A stretch of DNA of 64,000 nucleotides, taken from assembly GCA_015068735.1 (NCBI GenBank), contig SVJW01000002.1:11438-75437 (forward strand). Reading direction: 5' to 3'. The notes under the pieces were generated by a model. The model saw only the letters and a list, made by a program, of their open reading frames with translations. It ran no database searches and was not told the origin of the DNA. The position numbers and the translations under genes were made by a program. Positions 1 to 10,257 of this stretch are shown here, piece by piece; positions within the stretch are counted from its first letter, which is position 1, and each line of letters opens with the position of its first letter. The DNA is from Oscillospiraceae bacterium (lineage in GTDB: Bacteria; Bacillota; Clostridia; UMGS1883).

Positions 1-40
1 CAAGCAGTTCGTATCTGCCGCCTAAAATTTTAGATTCCAT
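1..40 (-). CDS. prkC: Partial CDS (N-terminus only): Ser/Thr protein kinase PrkC-like; minus-strand ATG at 40 reads MESKILGGRYELL and runs off the window start
   Basis: rc of positions 1-40 translates MESKILGGRYELL, a typical Hanks kinase N-terminus. It is preceded by GGAGG (rc of 49-53) and sits immediately downstream of the PP2C phosphatase gene, as in the conserved stp-prkC pair. Confidence 0.4.
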   Translation of the reverse strand, partial: MESKILGGRYELL

Positions 41-68
41 TTGTATTTCCTCCATATTTCAAAACAAA

Positions 69-803
69 TCAGTTCATCGCAACGACAACGGTTATGTTGT
101 CTGTTCCCCCTGCCTCATTAGCAAGCCGCACAAGTTTTTCTGCGGATTTTTCGGGGCTTGATTCCGATGAAATAATGTTGGCAATATCTTTTTCTTCAAG
201 CATATTGGTAAGACCGTCGCTGCACATCAGGATAACATCATCCGAAGAAAGCTTCACATGGGAAACATCAGCGTTGATTTCAGCCGTTGTGCCCAAAGCC
301 TGCAAAATAATATTCTTCTGTGGATGATGCTGGGATTCTTCTCTTGTAATAGTGCCTGTTTCTATCATATATTCAACGAGAGAATGGTCCTTTGTCAGCT
401 TTGATATTGAACCGTTCTTTTTTGATATTTTATATACTCTGCTGTCACCGATGTGGGCTATGTATGCAGTGCTTTTGAAAACAAGACAAATATCGCAAGT
501 AGTTCCCATTCCGGCAAGAGAGGAATCTTTTTTTGTAAGAGCAATGATTTCACGATTTGCACTTTCCAAAGCGTCTGAAAGAAGAAGCATAATCTGTCCC
601 GGAATCATTTTTTCACTAAGCGATTCCTCAAGGAGAGATGTGACCACTTCAATAGCTTTTTTACTTGCAATTTCTCCGCCGTTATGTCCGCCCATGCCAT
701 CTGCCAGAATTAAAAGGGTGTAACCTTTAAATTCCTTGGCAAAACAGTAGTCTTCGTTGATTTCACGAAGCTTACCGCGGTCCGATATTGTATAAAACTG
801 CAT
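69..803 (-). CDS. stp: PP2C-family Ser/Thr protein phosphatase (Stp/PrpC)
   Basis: 244 aa ORF with the LADGMGGHNGGEIAS and GTDNITVVV PP2C metal-binding motifs. It lies in the conserved position between rlmN and prkC. Confidence 0.85.
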   Translation of the reverse strand: MQFYTISDRGKLREINEDYCFAKEFKGYTLLILADGMGGHNGGEIASKKAIEVVTSLLEESLSEKMIPGQIMLLLSDALESANREIIALTKKDSSLAGMGTTCDICLVFKSTAYIAHIGDSRVYKISKKNGSISKLTKDHSLVEYMIETGTITREESQHHPQKNIILQALGTTAEINADVSHVKLSSDDVILMCSDGLTNMLEEKDIANIISSESSPEKSAEKLVRLANEAGGTDNITVVVAMN

Positions 804-830
804 AATACCACCTCCATTGAGCTGTATTTT

Positions 831-1865
831 TTAAAGTTCGTTGTTTCTGAGCTGTCCGCAGGATGCATTTATATCTGCACCCAACTCCCTGCGGATAGTT
901 GCATTTATCCCGAATTTTTCAAGAGTTTTTTGGAAATTCTGGGTTTCTTTCGGGTTCGTGCGAACATTGTTGCGCTCAGTTACGGGGTTTACGGGGATGA
1001 GGTTTACATGGCAGTTTTTACCCCGAAGAAGATCTGCCAGCTTTTTTGCCTCATCATAAGAGGCATTCTGTCCTTTTACAAGTGCGTATTCAAAGGTTAT
1101 TCGCCTGTGGGTTTTTTCAAAATAATAATCGCATGCACTCATAAGCTTATCCAATGAATATGCTTTTGCCACAGGCATAAGATTTTTCCTTACTTCATCA
1201 GTAGGTGCATGGAGAGATATTGCAAGGTTAATGGGTATATCTTCATCTGCAAAATCCCGTATTCTGTCAGCCAATCCGCAGGTCGAAAGGGTAATGTGAC
1301 GATACCCCATATTAAGCCCTGCTTCGTCATTGGTATTTTTTAAAAAAGTGATAATATTATCATAGTTGTCAAAAGGCTCTCCGATTCCCATAATTACCAC
1401 ATTGCTGATTTTTTCGCCCAGATCTTTCTGAGCGCGGAGAATCTGCCCCTCAATTTCAAAAGGAGAAAGATTTCTTTCCAGCCCGTGGAGGGTAGAGGCA
1501 CAGAAACTGCAACCCATACGGCACCCTACCTGACTTGAAATACAGATGCTTTTTCCGTGGTGATAGTCCATAACAACGCTTTCAATAATGTTGCCGTCGG
1601 AAAGTTTGAAAAGATATTTTACCGTGCCGTCAAGCCTGCTTACAAGCTTTTTATATACGGTGGGAAGAAAAATTTCAAAATCTTCAGAAAGCTTCTGCCT
1701 GAGGGGAATGGGAATATCGGTCATTTCGTCGGCATTTTCAATTCCGCTGTGTATCCATTTGAAAATCTGCCCTGCACGAAAGGACTTCTGTCCCGCTTTT
1801 TCTATGTATTCTTTTAATTCAGCTTTGGTAAGGTCCCCTAAATTCATAAGGTTACTTCCTTTCAA
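831..1865 (-). CDS. rlmN: 23S rRNA (adenine2503-C2)-methyltransferase RlmN (radical SAM)
   Basis: 344 aa ORF with the GCRMGCSFCAST CX3CX2C radical-SAM motif and an RlmN/Cfr-like length. It sits in the conserved rsmB-rlmN-stp context. Confidence 0.9.
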   Translation of the reverse strand: MKGSNLMNLGDLTKAELKEYIEKAGQKSFRAGQIFKWIHSGIENADEMTDIPIPLRQKLSEDFEIFLPTVYKKLVSRLDGTVKYLFKLSDGNIIESVVMDYHHGKSICISSQVGCRMGCSFCASTLHGLERNLSPFEIEGQILRAQKDLGEKISNVVIMGIGEPFDNYDNIITFLKNTNDEAGLNMGYRHITLSTCGLADRIRDFADEDIPINLAISLHAPTDEVRKNLMPVAKAYSLDKLMSACDYYFEKTHRRITFEYALVKGQNASYDEAKKLADLLRGKNCHVNLIPVNPVTERNNVRTNPKETQNFQKTLEKFGINATIRRELGADINASCGQLRNNEL

Positions 1866-3108
1866 GTACTGCGTAAAAAAATCCGTCTGTGTTATCTTTG
1901 TCCGGAAGAAGCTGCCTTTCTTCCAAAAGGGAAAATTCCGGATGCAGAGAAAGAAATTCTTTTACTCTGTCCTCGTTTTCAATACGGTTTACCGTACAGG
2001 TGGAATACATAAGCATTCCGCCTTTTTTTACATAGAGAGCCGCATTTTCAAGAATTTTCTTCTGAATTTCTGCAAGCTCTTTGGTATCTTTTTCTGTTTT
2101 GGTTCGCTTTATATCGGGCTTTCTGCGAAGAACGCCCAGTCCGGAGCAAGGAACATCCGCCAAAACTCTGTCAAAAGCTTTTTCAAAGTTTTTGTTAAAG
2201 ACCGTTGCATCATTCAGCGTAACTTTTGTGTTTGTTACACCTTGTCTTTTAAGATTGCTTTCTATAAGCGAAAGTTTATGCTCGTGAATGTCGCAGGAAA
2301 TAATTTCCCCAGTGTTATTCATAAGCTGTGCCATATATGCCGCCTTTCCGCCGGGAGCACTGCAAAGGTCAAGAATACTCATATTCTCATCTATGCGGAA
2401 AGAGGATATTGCTTTTTGTGAAGCGCCATCCTGCACCGTGATAGCACCCTCTTCAAAAAGAGGATGATTTTCTACACCTCCGCCGCCTGTATAATTATAA
2501 CCGTGGGGAAGTGTGTCGATTTTCTGAAAACCTTCGGGAAGAGAATTGGTTTTAAGGGTGTTAAGCCTTACCGTTACGGGAGGCTCCATATTCATTGAAG
2601 CAAAGAAATTTTCTTCATACCCCTGTGATTTCCACATATCAACAAGCCACAAGGGGATAGAATATTTAATGCTTATATACTCATTACTATCTTTGTTTTC
2701 GGGCAGAAAATCTCCCGACGAAACCGATTTGCGTAAAACTGCGTTGACAAAACCTGCCGATGCGCCGTGACCGTATCTTCTTGCAAGGCGCACACATTCG
2801 TTAACCGTTGCAGAAACGGGAATTCTGTCTAAAAACCGGTTGCAGAATATCCCTATCCGGAGAATATTGTGAATCCATACGGAAAGCTTTTTAAGCTTTA
2901 TCGATGAAAGATTTTTTATAATATTATCAAGGAAAAGTATATTCTTTGTAACTCCGAAAGCAATGGTGGTGGCAAGAGCATTGTCCCTTGCATCCATTCC
3001 TGCTTCCGATAGAATTGTGCGGAGGCATATATTAAGGTACGCCCCGTCTTTTTCGCAGGAAACAAGTGCTTTAAGCGCCGCTTCTCTGGGCTTTGAAAGA
3101 TTACTCAT
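1852..3108 (-). CDS. rsmB: 16S rRNA m5C967 methyltransferase RsmB (Sun)
   Basis: 418 aa ORF with an N-terminal NusB-like region, the SAM motif LDLCSAPGGK, the catalytic DVPCSGLGV motif and the MLMYSTCT motif. It overlaps rlmN by 14 nt. Confidence 0.85.
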   Translation of the reverse strand: MSNLSKPREAALKALVSCEKDGAYLNICLRTILSEAGMDARDNALATTIAFGVTKNILFLDNIIKNLSSIKLKKLSVWIHNILRIGIFCNRFLDRIPVSATVNECVRLARRYGHGASAGFVNAVLRKSVSSGDFLPENKDSNEYISIKYSIPLWLVDMWKSQGYEENFFASMNMEPPVTVRLNTLKTNSLPEGFQKIDTLPHGYNYTGGGGVENHPLFEEGAITVQDGASQKAISSFRIDENMSILDLCSAPGGKAAYMAQLMNNTGEIISCDIHEHKLSLIESNLKRQGVTNTKVTLNDATVFNKNFEKAFDRVLADVPCSGLGVLRRKPDIKRTKTEKDTKELAEIQKKILENAALYVKKGGMLMYSTCTVNRIENEDRVKEFLSLHPEFSLLEERQLLPDKDNTDGFFYAVLERK

Positions 3109-3824
3109 CAGTCATCACGTCTTCCCACAAGCATAACAAGTCTGAGAAGCTGTGCAATAGAAACAGCGGCTGCAGCAACATAAGTCATAGCTGCCGCGCC
3201 TAAAACTTTCTTTACGGCAGGAACTTCAACGGATTCAAGGTATCCGTCATTTTCGAGGGTTGCGATGGCTCTGCTGGAAGCGTTGAATTCCACGGGAAGA
3301 GTAACAAGTTGGAATATAACTGCCAGAGAAAAGAAGATAATTCCCGCATAGGCAAGAGGGCCAGAGGACATAAGAAGACCGAGAATAACAAGGTAGGGAC
3401 CTGCCATAGAACCGATGTTTGCAACGGGAACAATGGAGTTACGAACCTGAATAGGCTTGTAGTTTGTAGCGTGCTGAACTGCATGACCTGCTTCGTGTGC
3501 GGCAACGCCTACTGCAGCAACAGATGTGGAACTGTGAACAGAGTCGGAAAGTCTGATAACATTTGCCTTGGGATCATAGTGGTCGGTAAGATTTCCGGCA
3601 ACTCTTTCTACCTTCACATGATAAAGACCGTTTGCATCAAGAATACTTCTTGCTGCTTGTTCGCCTGTAATGTTTCTGCCTGTATGCAGATTTGAATATT
3701 TCTTAAAAGTAGAATTAACTTTAAACGACGCAATAACTGACAGAATTCCGGCAATAAGCACCAGAATAATGCCGCTGTCCATATAGTAACCGTAACCAAA
3801 AAACATAATAAAACATCCTTTCAA
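3108..3824 (-). CDS. Membrane zinc metallopeptidase (HExxH; COG2738-like)
   Basis: 238 aa ORF with an N-terminal TM helix, an HEAGHAVQH zinc-binding motif and C-terminal TM segments. This family is commonly inserted between fmt and rsmB in Clostridia. Confidence 0.6.
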   Translation of the reverse strand: MKGCFIMFFGYGYYMDSGIILVLIAGILSVIASFKVNSTFKKYSNLHTGRNITGEQAARSILDANGLYHVKVERVAGNLTDHYDPKANVIRLSDSVHSSTSVAAVGVAAHEAGHAVQHATNYKPIQVRNSIVPVANIGSMAGPYLVILGLLMSSGPLAYAGIIFFSLAVIFQLVTLPVEFNASSRAIATLENDGYLESVEVPAVKKVLGAAAMTYVAAAAVSIAQLLRLVMLVGRRDD

Positions 3825-3840
3825 ATCAAAAATTTAACAA

Positions 3841-4764
3841 TTAACCTAATTTTGTTCCTTTTTCTATCTTATGTCCGCGAAGATAGTCTTCCACAGACAT
3901 TTTCTTTTTACCCTCAATTTTAATTTCCTTTATAAGAACGGACCCGTCACCGCAAGCAACTAAAATTCCGTCATTATCGGCAGAAATTACTTCTCCGGGG
4001 TTGCCACTTTGTGTGGATTTATAAACAAAATCAACCACAAAACGTTTGCCGCTTATAAAACTGAACGCTTTGGGCCAGGGATTAAGCCCCCTTACTTTAT
4101 TATAAATCTGTTCATTTGTACTATTCCAGTCAATTTCACCCTCTGCCTTGGAAAGCTGAGATGCGTAGGTAGAAAGACTGTCATCCTGCTTTTTCGGGGA
4201 AAGAGTGCCTTGTTCAAGAGCATCCAGCGTTTCAAGAAGAACTTTTCCGCCGAGAATTGCCAAAGCATCATGATATTCCCCTGCTGTTGTTTCTTCTCCT
4301 ATGGGAAGTTCTTTCTTTATGAGCATATCGCCTGTATCAAGCCCTTTCTCCATATACATGCTGGTAACACCGCTGACCTTCTTGCCATCAATTACGGCAC
4401 GTTGAATGGGAGCAGCTCCACGATATTCGGGAAGCAGGGAGCCGTGAATATTGATACATCCGTATTTGGGGAAATTAAGAATATACTCAGGAAGAATTTT
4501 TCCGTATGCTACAACAATGATAACGTCAGGCTTATATTCTTCAAGCAAGGGAAGAATAGCTTCGTCCCTGAGTGTTTCCGGCTGGTATACGGGTATGTTT
4601 TTCTCCAATGCGTAAACCTTTACCTCGGGCATTGCCATCTCGTAGCCTCTGCCCTTGGGTTTATCGGGCTGTGTGATTACGCATACAACATCCCTGTTGT
4701 CTTCTACCATTGATTTGAGAGAGACCTCCGCAAATTCGGGAGTTCCCATAAACATTATACGCAT
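3841..4764 (-). CDS. fmt: Methionyl-tRNA formyltransferase
   Basis: 307 aa ORF with an MRIMFMGTPEFA N-terminus and the HGSLLPEYRGAAPIQRA formyltransferase motif. It lies directly downstream of def. Confidence 0.9.
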   Translation of the reverse strand: MRIMFMGTPEFAEVSLKSMVEDNRDVVCVITQPDKPKGRGYEMAMPEVKVYALEKNIPVYQPETLRDEAILPLLEEYKPDVIIVVAYGKILPEYILNFPKYGCINIHGSLLPEYRGAAPIQRAVIDGKKVSGVTSMYMEKGLDTGDMLIKKELPIGEETTAGEYHDALAILGGKVLLETLDALEQGTLSPKKQDDSLSTYASQLSKAEGEIDWNSTNEQIYNKVRGLNPWPKAFSFISGKRFVVDFVYKSTQSGNPGEVISADNDGILVACGDGSVLIKEIKIEGKKKMSVEDYLRGHKIEKGTKLG

Positions 4765-4768
4765 AAAA

Positions 4769-5239
4769 TTACTCCTCTTGGTTCAGGTCAAACACCTTTT
4801 CTGCCTTTTCTACATATAAGATACCCTCAAGATGGTCACATTCGTGACAGATACAGCGAGCATAAAGTCCTTCGCCCGTAAATTCAAATTCATTGCCGTC
4901 ACGGTCAAATGCACGGACGGTAGCCTTCTCGGGACGGGTTACTTCGCCTGCTTTACCGGGCACGCTGAGGCAACCTTCCGTGTCGGTTACACTTCCCTCG
5001 GTATGGGTTATTACGGGGTTTATAAGCTCCAATATTCCATCCTCTTCACCGAGATCGATAACAACCACTCTTCTTAAAATTCCCACCTGAGGTGCGGCAA
5101 GACCGACACCGTTGGCAAGAATCATTGTATCTTGCATATCATCTAAAAGGTCGTGGAGTTTTCTGTCAAAATTTTCTACTTCACGACATTTCTTTTTAAG
5201 GCAGGAGTCTCCTATCTCTCGTATTTTTCTTATAGCCAT
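4769..5239 (-). CDS. def: Peptide deformylase
   Basis: 156 aa ORF with all three PDF motifs: GVGLAAPQVG, EGCLSVPG and HECDHLEG. Confidence 0.9.
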   Translation of the reverse strand: MAIRKIREIGDSCLKKKCREVENFDRKLHDLLDDMQDTMILANGVGLAAPQVGILRRVVVIDLGEEDGILELINPVITHTEGSVTDTEGCLSVPGKAGEVTRPEKATVRAFDRDGNEFEFTGEGLYARCICHECDHLEGILYVEKAEKVFDLNQEE

Positions 5240-5462
5240 AATTTTTTCTCCTTTTTAACTGTGTTTAAGCGTTACTTGTACAGGGGATAGTTAAGGGCCT
5301 GCCCTGACAATAAATTTCGTCAAAACCGGGGGCATGTACCTCGGTTTTGACACCTTGCAAGGGCTGATGCGGTGAGCACCGCGCGAGCGAAAGCCCTTTT
5401 CTCGAAGCGAAATATTTTCGTCAGAAACTTTTCACTTCGAAAGGATGACTTGTCATCCGTCT

Positions 5463-7895
5463 TTAATTCATGCTATACGGGTTTATGTCAGCAACTATCG
5501 ATAAATCGGAGTTGCGTTTTTGTGAGCTTTCATAGATTGCCTCACGAAGAATTTTTATAAACTCCTCGTCAGCTTTGCATTTAAGCCATAGCCTCACTCG
5601 GTGCCGTCCTTGAATGCGGCTCAGAGGTGCTGCGGCAGGTCCGTAAAATGAGCAATTATCGTATGAACGTAGTGCCACTCTCAGCTTCATTGCAATTTCA
5701 GCAGCTTTCTTTTGGGCTTCCTCTTTGTCGGAGGAAGAAACGGTTATATTTATAATGTCGCAGAATGGGGGATATAAAAACTCCCGTCTGTACATAATTT
5801 CTTCTTCATAAAATGCTTTGTAATCCTGTTTTGCCGCAAGTAGCAGCGTGGGATTTTCCGGAGAATAGGTCTGAATGACACATCTTCCTTCTTTTTCGCC
5901 TCTGCCGGCTCTTCCGCAAACTTGGGTTATAAGGTTAAATGTACGCTCCTGCGCACGGAAATCGTCAACATTGAGCGAGGCGTCCGCTGCCAGTACACCC
6001 ACAAGCGTCACATCTTCAAAATCCAGTCCCTTTGTAACCATTTGCGTTCCCAGAAGTATGTCAATATTTTCATCTGTGAATTTATCCAAAAGCTTTTCGT
6101 GACCTCTTTTTCCGCTTGTGGTATCGGCATCCATTCTGAGGATTTTTCCATCCGGAAAAATGGATTCAATCTGCTCCTCGGCTTTTTGCGTTCCCTTGCC
6201 GAAATCCCGGACCCTTGTACTTTGACAGTTGGGACATACGGCATTGACTTTTTCCCTGTGACCGCAGTAATGACAGGTAAGCACATCACCGTTTTTGTGA
6301 TAAGTAAGGGAAACATTGCAGTTGGGACAGGTAAACACAAAACCACAGTCCCTGCAGGAAATGAAAGTCGAATAACCGCGTCTGTTAAGAAACAGAATAG
6401 TTTTTTCCCTGCGATTGATGTTTTCGCGAATTTCGGTGGCAAGCAGCCTGCTGAGAACGGTTTTGTTGCCGTCTTTTAATTCCTGACGCATATCTGAAAT
6501 GAAAACATCGGGAAGAGGTTTCTTATTAAAACGGTCAAGAAGCTCAATCAATGTATAGTCGCCCTGTTTTGCTTTGTAATAGCTTTCAATTGACGGGGTT
6601 GCACTTCCCAGAATAAGCGGACAATTATGCTTTTTTGCAAGGAAATGTGCAATATCTCTGGCGTGATAACGGGGGGAGGACTCCGACTTATAGGATTGCT
6701 CGTGCTCCTCGTCGATTATTATTGCGCCCACATTGTCGCAGGGAGCAAAAATTGCACTTCGCGCACCGATTATTACGGAAGCATCTCCGCGCCTTATTCT
6801 TCTCCACTCGTCAAGGCGTTCTCCGAGAGAAAGGGCACTGTGAAGAACGGCAACTTTGTCGCCAAATCGATTATAAAAACGACTTGTCATCTGTGGAGTA
6901 AGAGAAATTTCGGGAACGAGAAGAATTATCTGTTTCCCGTTTTTTAGGGCATTTAAGGCGATTTTCATATACACTTCGGTTTTACCACTGCCGGTAACAC
7001 CGTGTATTAAAAATGTGCCTGAATTCTTTTTTAATATTGTGTCAGCCGCCATTTTCTGAGAATCTGTCAGGACAAGGGGCTCTGAATCTCCGCTTTTCTT
7101 TCCCTCTAAGGGGTTGCGGAGAATTTCCGCTTCTCTGTAGGAAACAAGTCCTTTTATGTGAAGTGCTTCAACGGCGTTTCTTGTTGCACCGGAAGCAGCC
7201 ACAATATCAGAAACGCTCAGCTCACCAAATTCTGCTACAGTTTTAAGAACTGCCGCCTGTTTGGGAGCAGATTTGGATAACTTTTCGATGTGATAAGAAA
7301 TATCTTCTTCACCTGCGTAATACGCCAATCTTACGGTTTTTTCATTTGCCCGGCGTTTGTCGGTAATGCTTTTTTCACAAATTTCTTTTTTTATGAGAGC
7401 ATTCACCGTCGCTCTGGCATTTCTGCCAAGGGTGTTTTTAATTTGCGTCATTTCGGCACTGCCTTCATTTTGCTCTAAAAGTAAAATGAGCTGTTCCTGT
7501 GCTGTGCCTTTAACAAGATTTTTCTTTTCAAAATATTTGTGACTGAGAGAAATCCATTCTTCAAATTTTGCATCTGTCCCCGGGGGAATGCATAACTGTG
7601 CCGCTTCGGAAAAAGTGCAAAAGTACCGCTTCCGCATGAAAAAGCACAATTCGATACCCTTTTTAGTGAGTACGGGGAAATTATCCGTCACAGAGCGAAT
7701 GGGTTTAAGAGAATCAAAATCGCTTTTCTCTTTAACTTCCGTCACGAACGCCTCTTTGGGCATATTTCCGCCACCGAAAGAAACCTTCACCCTCACTCCG
7801 GGCATAACCTTATCCTCCAATTCCTTGGGAACAAGATAATCGAAGGGCTTGTCGATATTCAGGTTTGTAGTATTAACATAAACCTGAGCAATCAT
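5463..7895 (-). CDS. priA: Primosomal protein N' (replication restart helicase PriA)
   Basis: 810 aa ORF with the Walker A motif GVTGSGKTEV, the DExH box IIDEEH and a Cys-rich zinc-binding insert (CRDCG...CPNC...CHYCGH). It is adjacent to rpoZ. Confidence 0.9.
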   Translation of the reverse strand: MIAQVYVNTTNLNIDKPFDYLVPKELEDKVMPGVRVKVSFGGGNMPKEAFVTEVKEKSDFDSLKPIRSVTDNFPVLTKKGIELCFFMRKRYFCTFSEAAQLCIPPGTDAKFEEWISLSHKYFEKKNLVKGTAQEQLILLLEQNEGSAEMTQIKNTLGRNARATVNALIKKEICEKSITDKRRANEKTVRLAYYAGEEDISYHIEKLSKSAPKQAAVLKTVAEFGELSVSDIVAASGATRNAVEALHIKGLVSYREAEILRNPLEGKKSGDSEPLVLTDSQKMAADTILKKNSGTFLIHGVTGSGKTEVYMKIALNALKNGKQIILLVPEISLTPQMTSRFYNRFGDKVAVLHSALSLGERLDEWRRIRRGDASVIIGARSAIFAPCDNVGAIIIDEEHEQSYKSESSPRYHARDIAHFLAKKHNCPLILGSATPSIESYYKAKQGDYTLIELLDRFNKKPLPDVFISDMRQELKDGNKTVLSRLLATEIRENINRREKTILFLNRRGYSTFISCRDCGFVFTCPNCNVSLTYHKNGDVLTCHYCGHREKVNAVCPNCQSTRVRDFGKGTQKAEEQIESIFPDGKILRMDADTTSGKRGHEKLLDKFTDENIDILLGTQMVTKGLDFEDVTLVGVLAADASLNVDDFRAQERTFNLITQVCGRAGRGEKEGRCVIQTYSPENPTLLLAAKQDYKAFYEEEIMYRREFLYPPFCDIINITVSSSDKEEAQKKAAEIAMKLRVALRSYDNCSFYGPAAAPLSRIQGRHRVRLWLKCKADEEFIKILREAIYESSQKRNSDLSIVADINPYSMN

Positions 7896-7897
7896 AA

Positions 7898-8137
7898 TTA
7901 TTCCTCAACAGTTTCTTTGCTTGCTTCATATTCAGCAACAGCATCGGAAAATCTCTGGGATGCACTGCCTTTTACACACTTGATTTTGCCGTTTGCAATT
8001 TCGTTTATTGCACGGGAAACTGTCTTATCGTTTCCGGAGTCATTCTGAAGCTGGCGTGCGCGCTTTGCTGTAAGAACAACAAGTGAATAACGGGAATCAA
8101 GTCCCTCCATAAGCTTGGAAATTTCGGGATACAACAT
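7898..8137 (-). CDS. rpoZ: DNA-directed RNA polymerase subunit omega
   Basis: 79 aa ORF between gmk and priA, with an RpoZ-like [12 protein letters not shown] core. Confidence 0.8.
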   Translation of the reverse strand: MLYPEISKLMEGLDSRYSLVVLTAKRARQLQNDSGNDKTVSRAINEIANGKIKCVKGSASQRFSDAVAEYEASKETVEE

Positions 8138-8152
8138 AATAATTACCTTCCT

Positions 8153-8761
8153 TTATTTAATAAATTCTTCTTTCAAATACTCATAATTGCGAGCCATTAC
8201 ACATTTTTCCGCTTCAATGATGCTGTGAAGCACACATACCGCATTTTCAACGGTGTCATTGGTAAGCGTATAATTATATTTATCTATGTATTTAAACTCC
8301 GCTTTTGCTCGCTGGAGCCTTTTTGCGATTACATCATCAGTTTCCGTTCCTCTTCCGCGGAGACGGTTTTCCAATTCTTCCATAGACGGAGGAATTACAA
8401 ATACGAACACCGCTTCCGGATAGTGAGAACGAACCTGAAGTGCGCCCTGTACTTCTATTTCGAGAATTACGTTCTTGCCCTCGTCAAGTTTTTCCATAAC
8501 GGCATCCTTGGGAGTTCCGTAGTAATTGTCACAAAAAACTGCATGTTCCAAAAATCCGCCTGCATCAATTTTTTTCCGAAACTCGTCATGAGAAAGGAAA
8601 AAGTAGCTGACGCCGTCCACCTCGCCTTCGCGGGGAGCACGGGTGGTGGCTGACACGGACAGAGCGCAGTCATCGTATTTACTCAGATACTCCTTGCATA
8701 TAGTTCCCTTTCCAACGCCTGAGGGACCGGAAACTACAAGCAGTAAACCTTTTTTAGTCAT
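8153..8761 (-). CDS. gmk: Guanylate kinase
   Basis: 202 aa ORF with the P-loop GPSGVGKGT and a guanylate kinase fold pattern. It lies in the conserved remA-gmk-rpoZ context. Confidence 0.9.
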   Translation of the reverse strand: MTKKGLLLVVSGPSGVGKGTICKEYLSKYDDCALSVSATTRAPREGEVDGVSYFFLSHDEFRKKIDAGGFLEHAVFCDNYYGTPKDAVMEKLDEGKNVILEIEVQGALQVRSHYPEAVFVFVIPPSMEELENRLRGRGTETDDVIAKRLQRAKAEFKYIDKYNYTLTNDTVENAVCVLHSIIEAEKCVMARNYEYLKEEFIK

Positions 8762-9023
8762 TTATATCATCCTCTTCTGTTATTTCTGTATAGCTACCGT
8801 GACGGATAGCAATAGCGTCGGGTGTCAATGCTGACAAAACAACGTGCTCGCTGTCCATAACGATAACGCTTTTTGTTTTTCTGCCGTAAGTTGCATCTAT
8901 AAGCATTCCCTTTTCGCGGGCTTCCTGTGCAATTCTTTTCACAGGGGCGCTTTCGGGAAGAGCTATGCTTATTATTCTTTCATCGGAAACAAGATTTCCG
9001 AAGCCGATATTGATTAGTTTCAT
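8754..9023 (-). CDS. remA: DUF370 protein RemA/YlzA-like (extracellular matrix regulatory protein homologue)
   Basis: 89 aa [13 protein letters not shown]..., typical of the RemA/YlzA family, located between yloC and gmk. Confidence 0.7.
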   Translation of the reverse strand: MKLINIGFGNLVSDERIISIALPESAPVKRIAQEAREKGMLIDATYGRKTKSVIVMDSEHVVLSALTPDAIAIRHGSYTEITEEDDIND

Positions 9024-9294
9024 AATGGTTATTCCTTTACATAAGGTCTATTCACGAGTGTATAAAAATGCACAGAACGCAAAAGCACACCAATGTTATA
9101 TTTGTAGTTACCATTAATTTCCGAAAGTTATACTTTGGTAAAAATTCGCTTGGACGAATTTTTTATTATATATGCTTTTGCTACGAACAAACTTCACCTC
9201 TCGCTGTATACGCATACAGCTTCGGGTAACCCACGGCAAGCCGTGGTTCAGTTTGTCCGTTCTGCACTATTTTTCTCCACTCTAAAGAACAGGT

Positions 9295-10173
9295 TTATTC
9301 TACATTTTGGATTTGTTCTCTAAGTTTCTCAATTTCAGCCTTAACGTCTATTACAATTCTTGCAACATCAAGGTCATTGGACTTAGAGCCGATTGTGTTA
9401 ATTTCTCTGTTCATTTCCTGAATAAGGAAATCAATCTTTCTTCCCACGCTTCCGCCCTCGTCAAGCATCTTTGTAAACTGGTCAACGTGGCTTCTGAGAC
9501 GTACGGTTTCTTCATTTACATTTACCTTATCGGAGAAAATGGCAACCTCTGTAAGAAGTCTTGTTTCATCGTATGTGGCGCTTCCTAAAATGTCGCGCAT
9601 TCTTTCTTCAATTCTCTGTCTGTATTCGGTAACAATCTGAGGAGATCTCTTTTCAACCTCCGCCGTTGCATTGGCAATAAAGGAAAGATGTTCCTTAAGG
9701 TCTGCAACAAGCTTTTCGCCCTCTGCAATACGCATTGTGTCAAAGCCGTCAAGAGCCTCGGAAAGGGCTGAAAGAATTGCGTTTGAGATAACTTCTTCAT
9801 CTACATCAGCTTTATCAACCGTAAATACATCAGGAATACGAAGAAATGTCTCTGCCGTTGCGTTTGAGGAAACTTCAAGCTCCTCAGAAAGAGTTCTGAG
9901 CCCTGCAAGATATTCACGGGCAAGAGCCGCATTTACCTTAACAACGCTGTCATCCTCACCGTTTGTTTCCACATTTACATATATGTCCACCTTGCCGCGG
10001 TTAATCCTTGCTGATGCGGTTTTTCTGATAGCATCCTCCATAAATGTATAGATGCGGGGCATCTTTATGGAAAAATCGCTGTATCTGGAATTGACCGATT
10101 TAATCTCAACGGTAAAAGTTTTTGTGCCTGCTTCCGCTTTTCCGCTGCCGTAGCCTGTCATACTTTTTATCAT
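9295..10173 (-). CDS. yloC: YicC/YloC-family stress-induced protein
   Basis: 292 aa ORF with YicC N- and C-terminal regions. It is the first gene of the conserved yloC-remA-gmk-rpoZ block. Confidence 0.8.
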   Translation of the reverse strand: MIKSMTGYGSGKAEAGTKTFTVEIKSVNSRYSDFSIKMPRIYTFMEDAIRKTASARINRGKVDIYVNVETNGEDDSVVKVNAALAREYLAGLRTLSEELEVSSNATAETFLRIPDVFTVDKADVDEEVISNAILSALSEALDGFDTMRIAEGEKLVADLKEHLSFIANATAEVEKRSPQIVTEYRQRIEERMRDILGSATYDETRLLTEVAIFSDKVNVNEETVRLRSHVDQFTKMLDEGGSVGRKIDFLIQEMNREINTIGSKSNDLDVARIVIDVKAEIEKLREQIQNVE

Positions 10174-10227
10174 AGGAAAAACTCCATTCTGTCTGTGTGT
10201 GGGTATAGCACCCCATAATTATTTTAC

Positions 10228-10257
10228 ATTATATCATATATAATGTATTTTAGTCAA
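10228..10257 (-). promoter_or_regulatory. Sigma-A-type promoter for yloC on the minus strand: -35 TTGACT (rc of 10252-10257) and -10 TATAAT (rc of 10228-10233), 18 nt spacer
   Basis: Both hexamers are consensus or near-consensus. The -35 box lies inside a perfect 11-bp inverted repeat (10252-10281). The predicted TSS is about 45 nt upstream of the yloC ATG. Confidence 0.45.

Noticed and set aside
94-723. Plus-strand ORFs of 77 and 123 aa inside the stp gene
   Set aside because: They are antisense to a well-supported PP2C CDS, with no RBS and low-complexity translations. They are typical shadow ORFs.
5922-6479. 185 aa plus-strand ORF and other ORFs inside priA
   Set aside because: They are antisense to priA, which has unambiguous helicase motifs.
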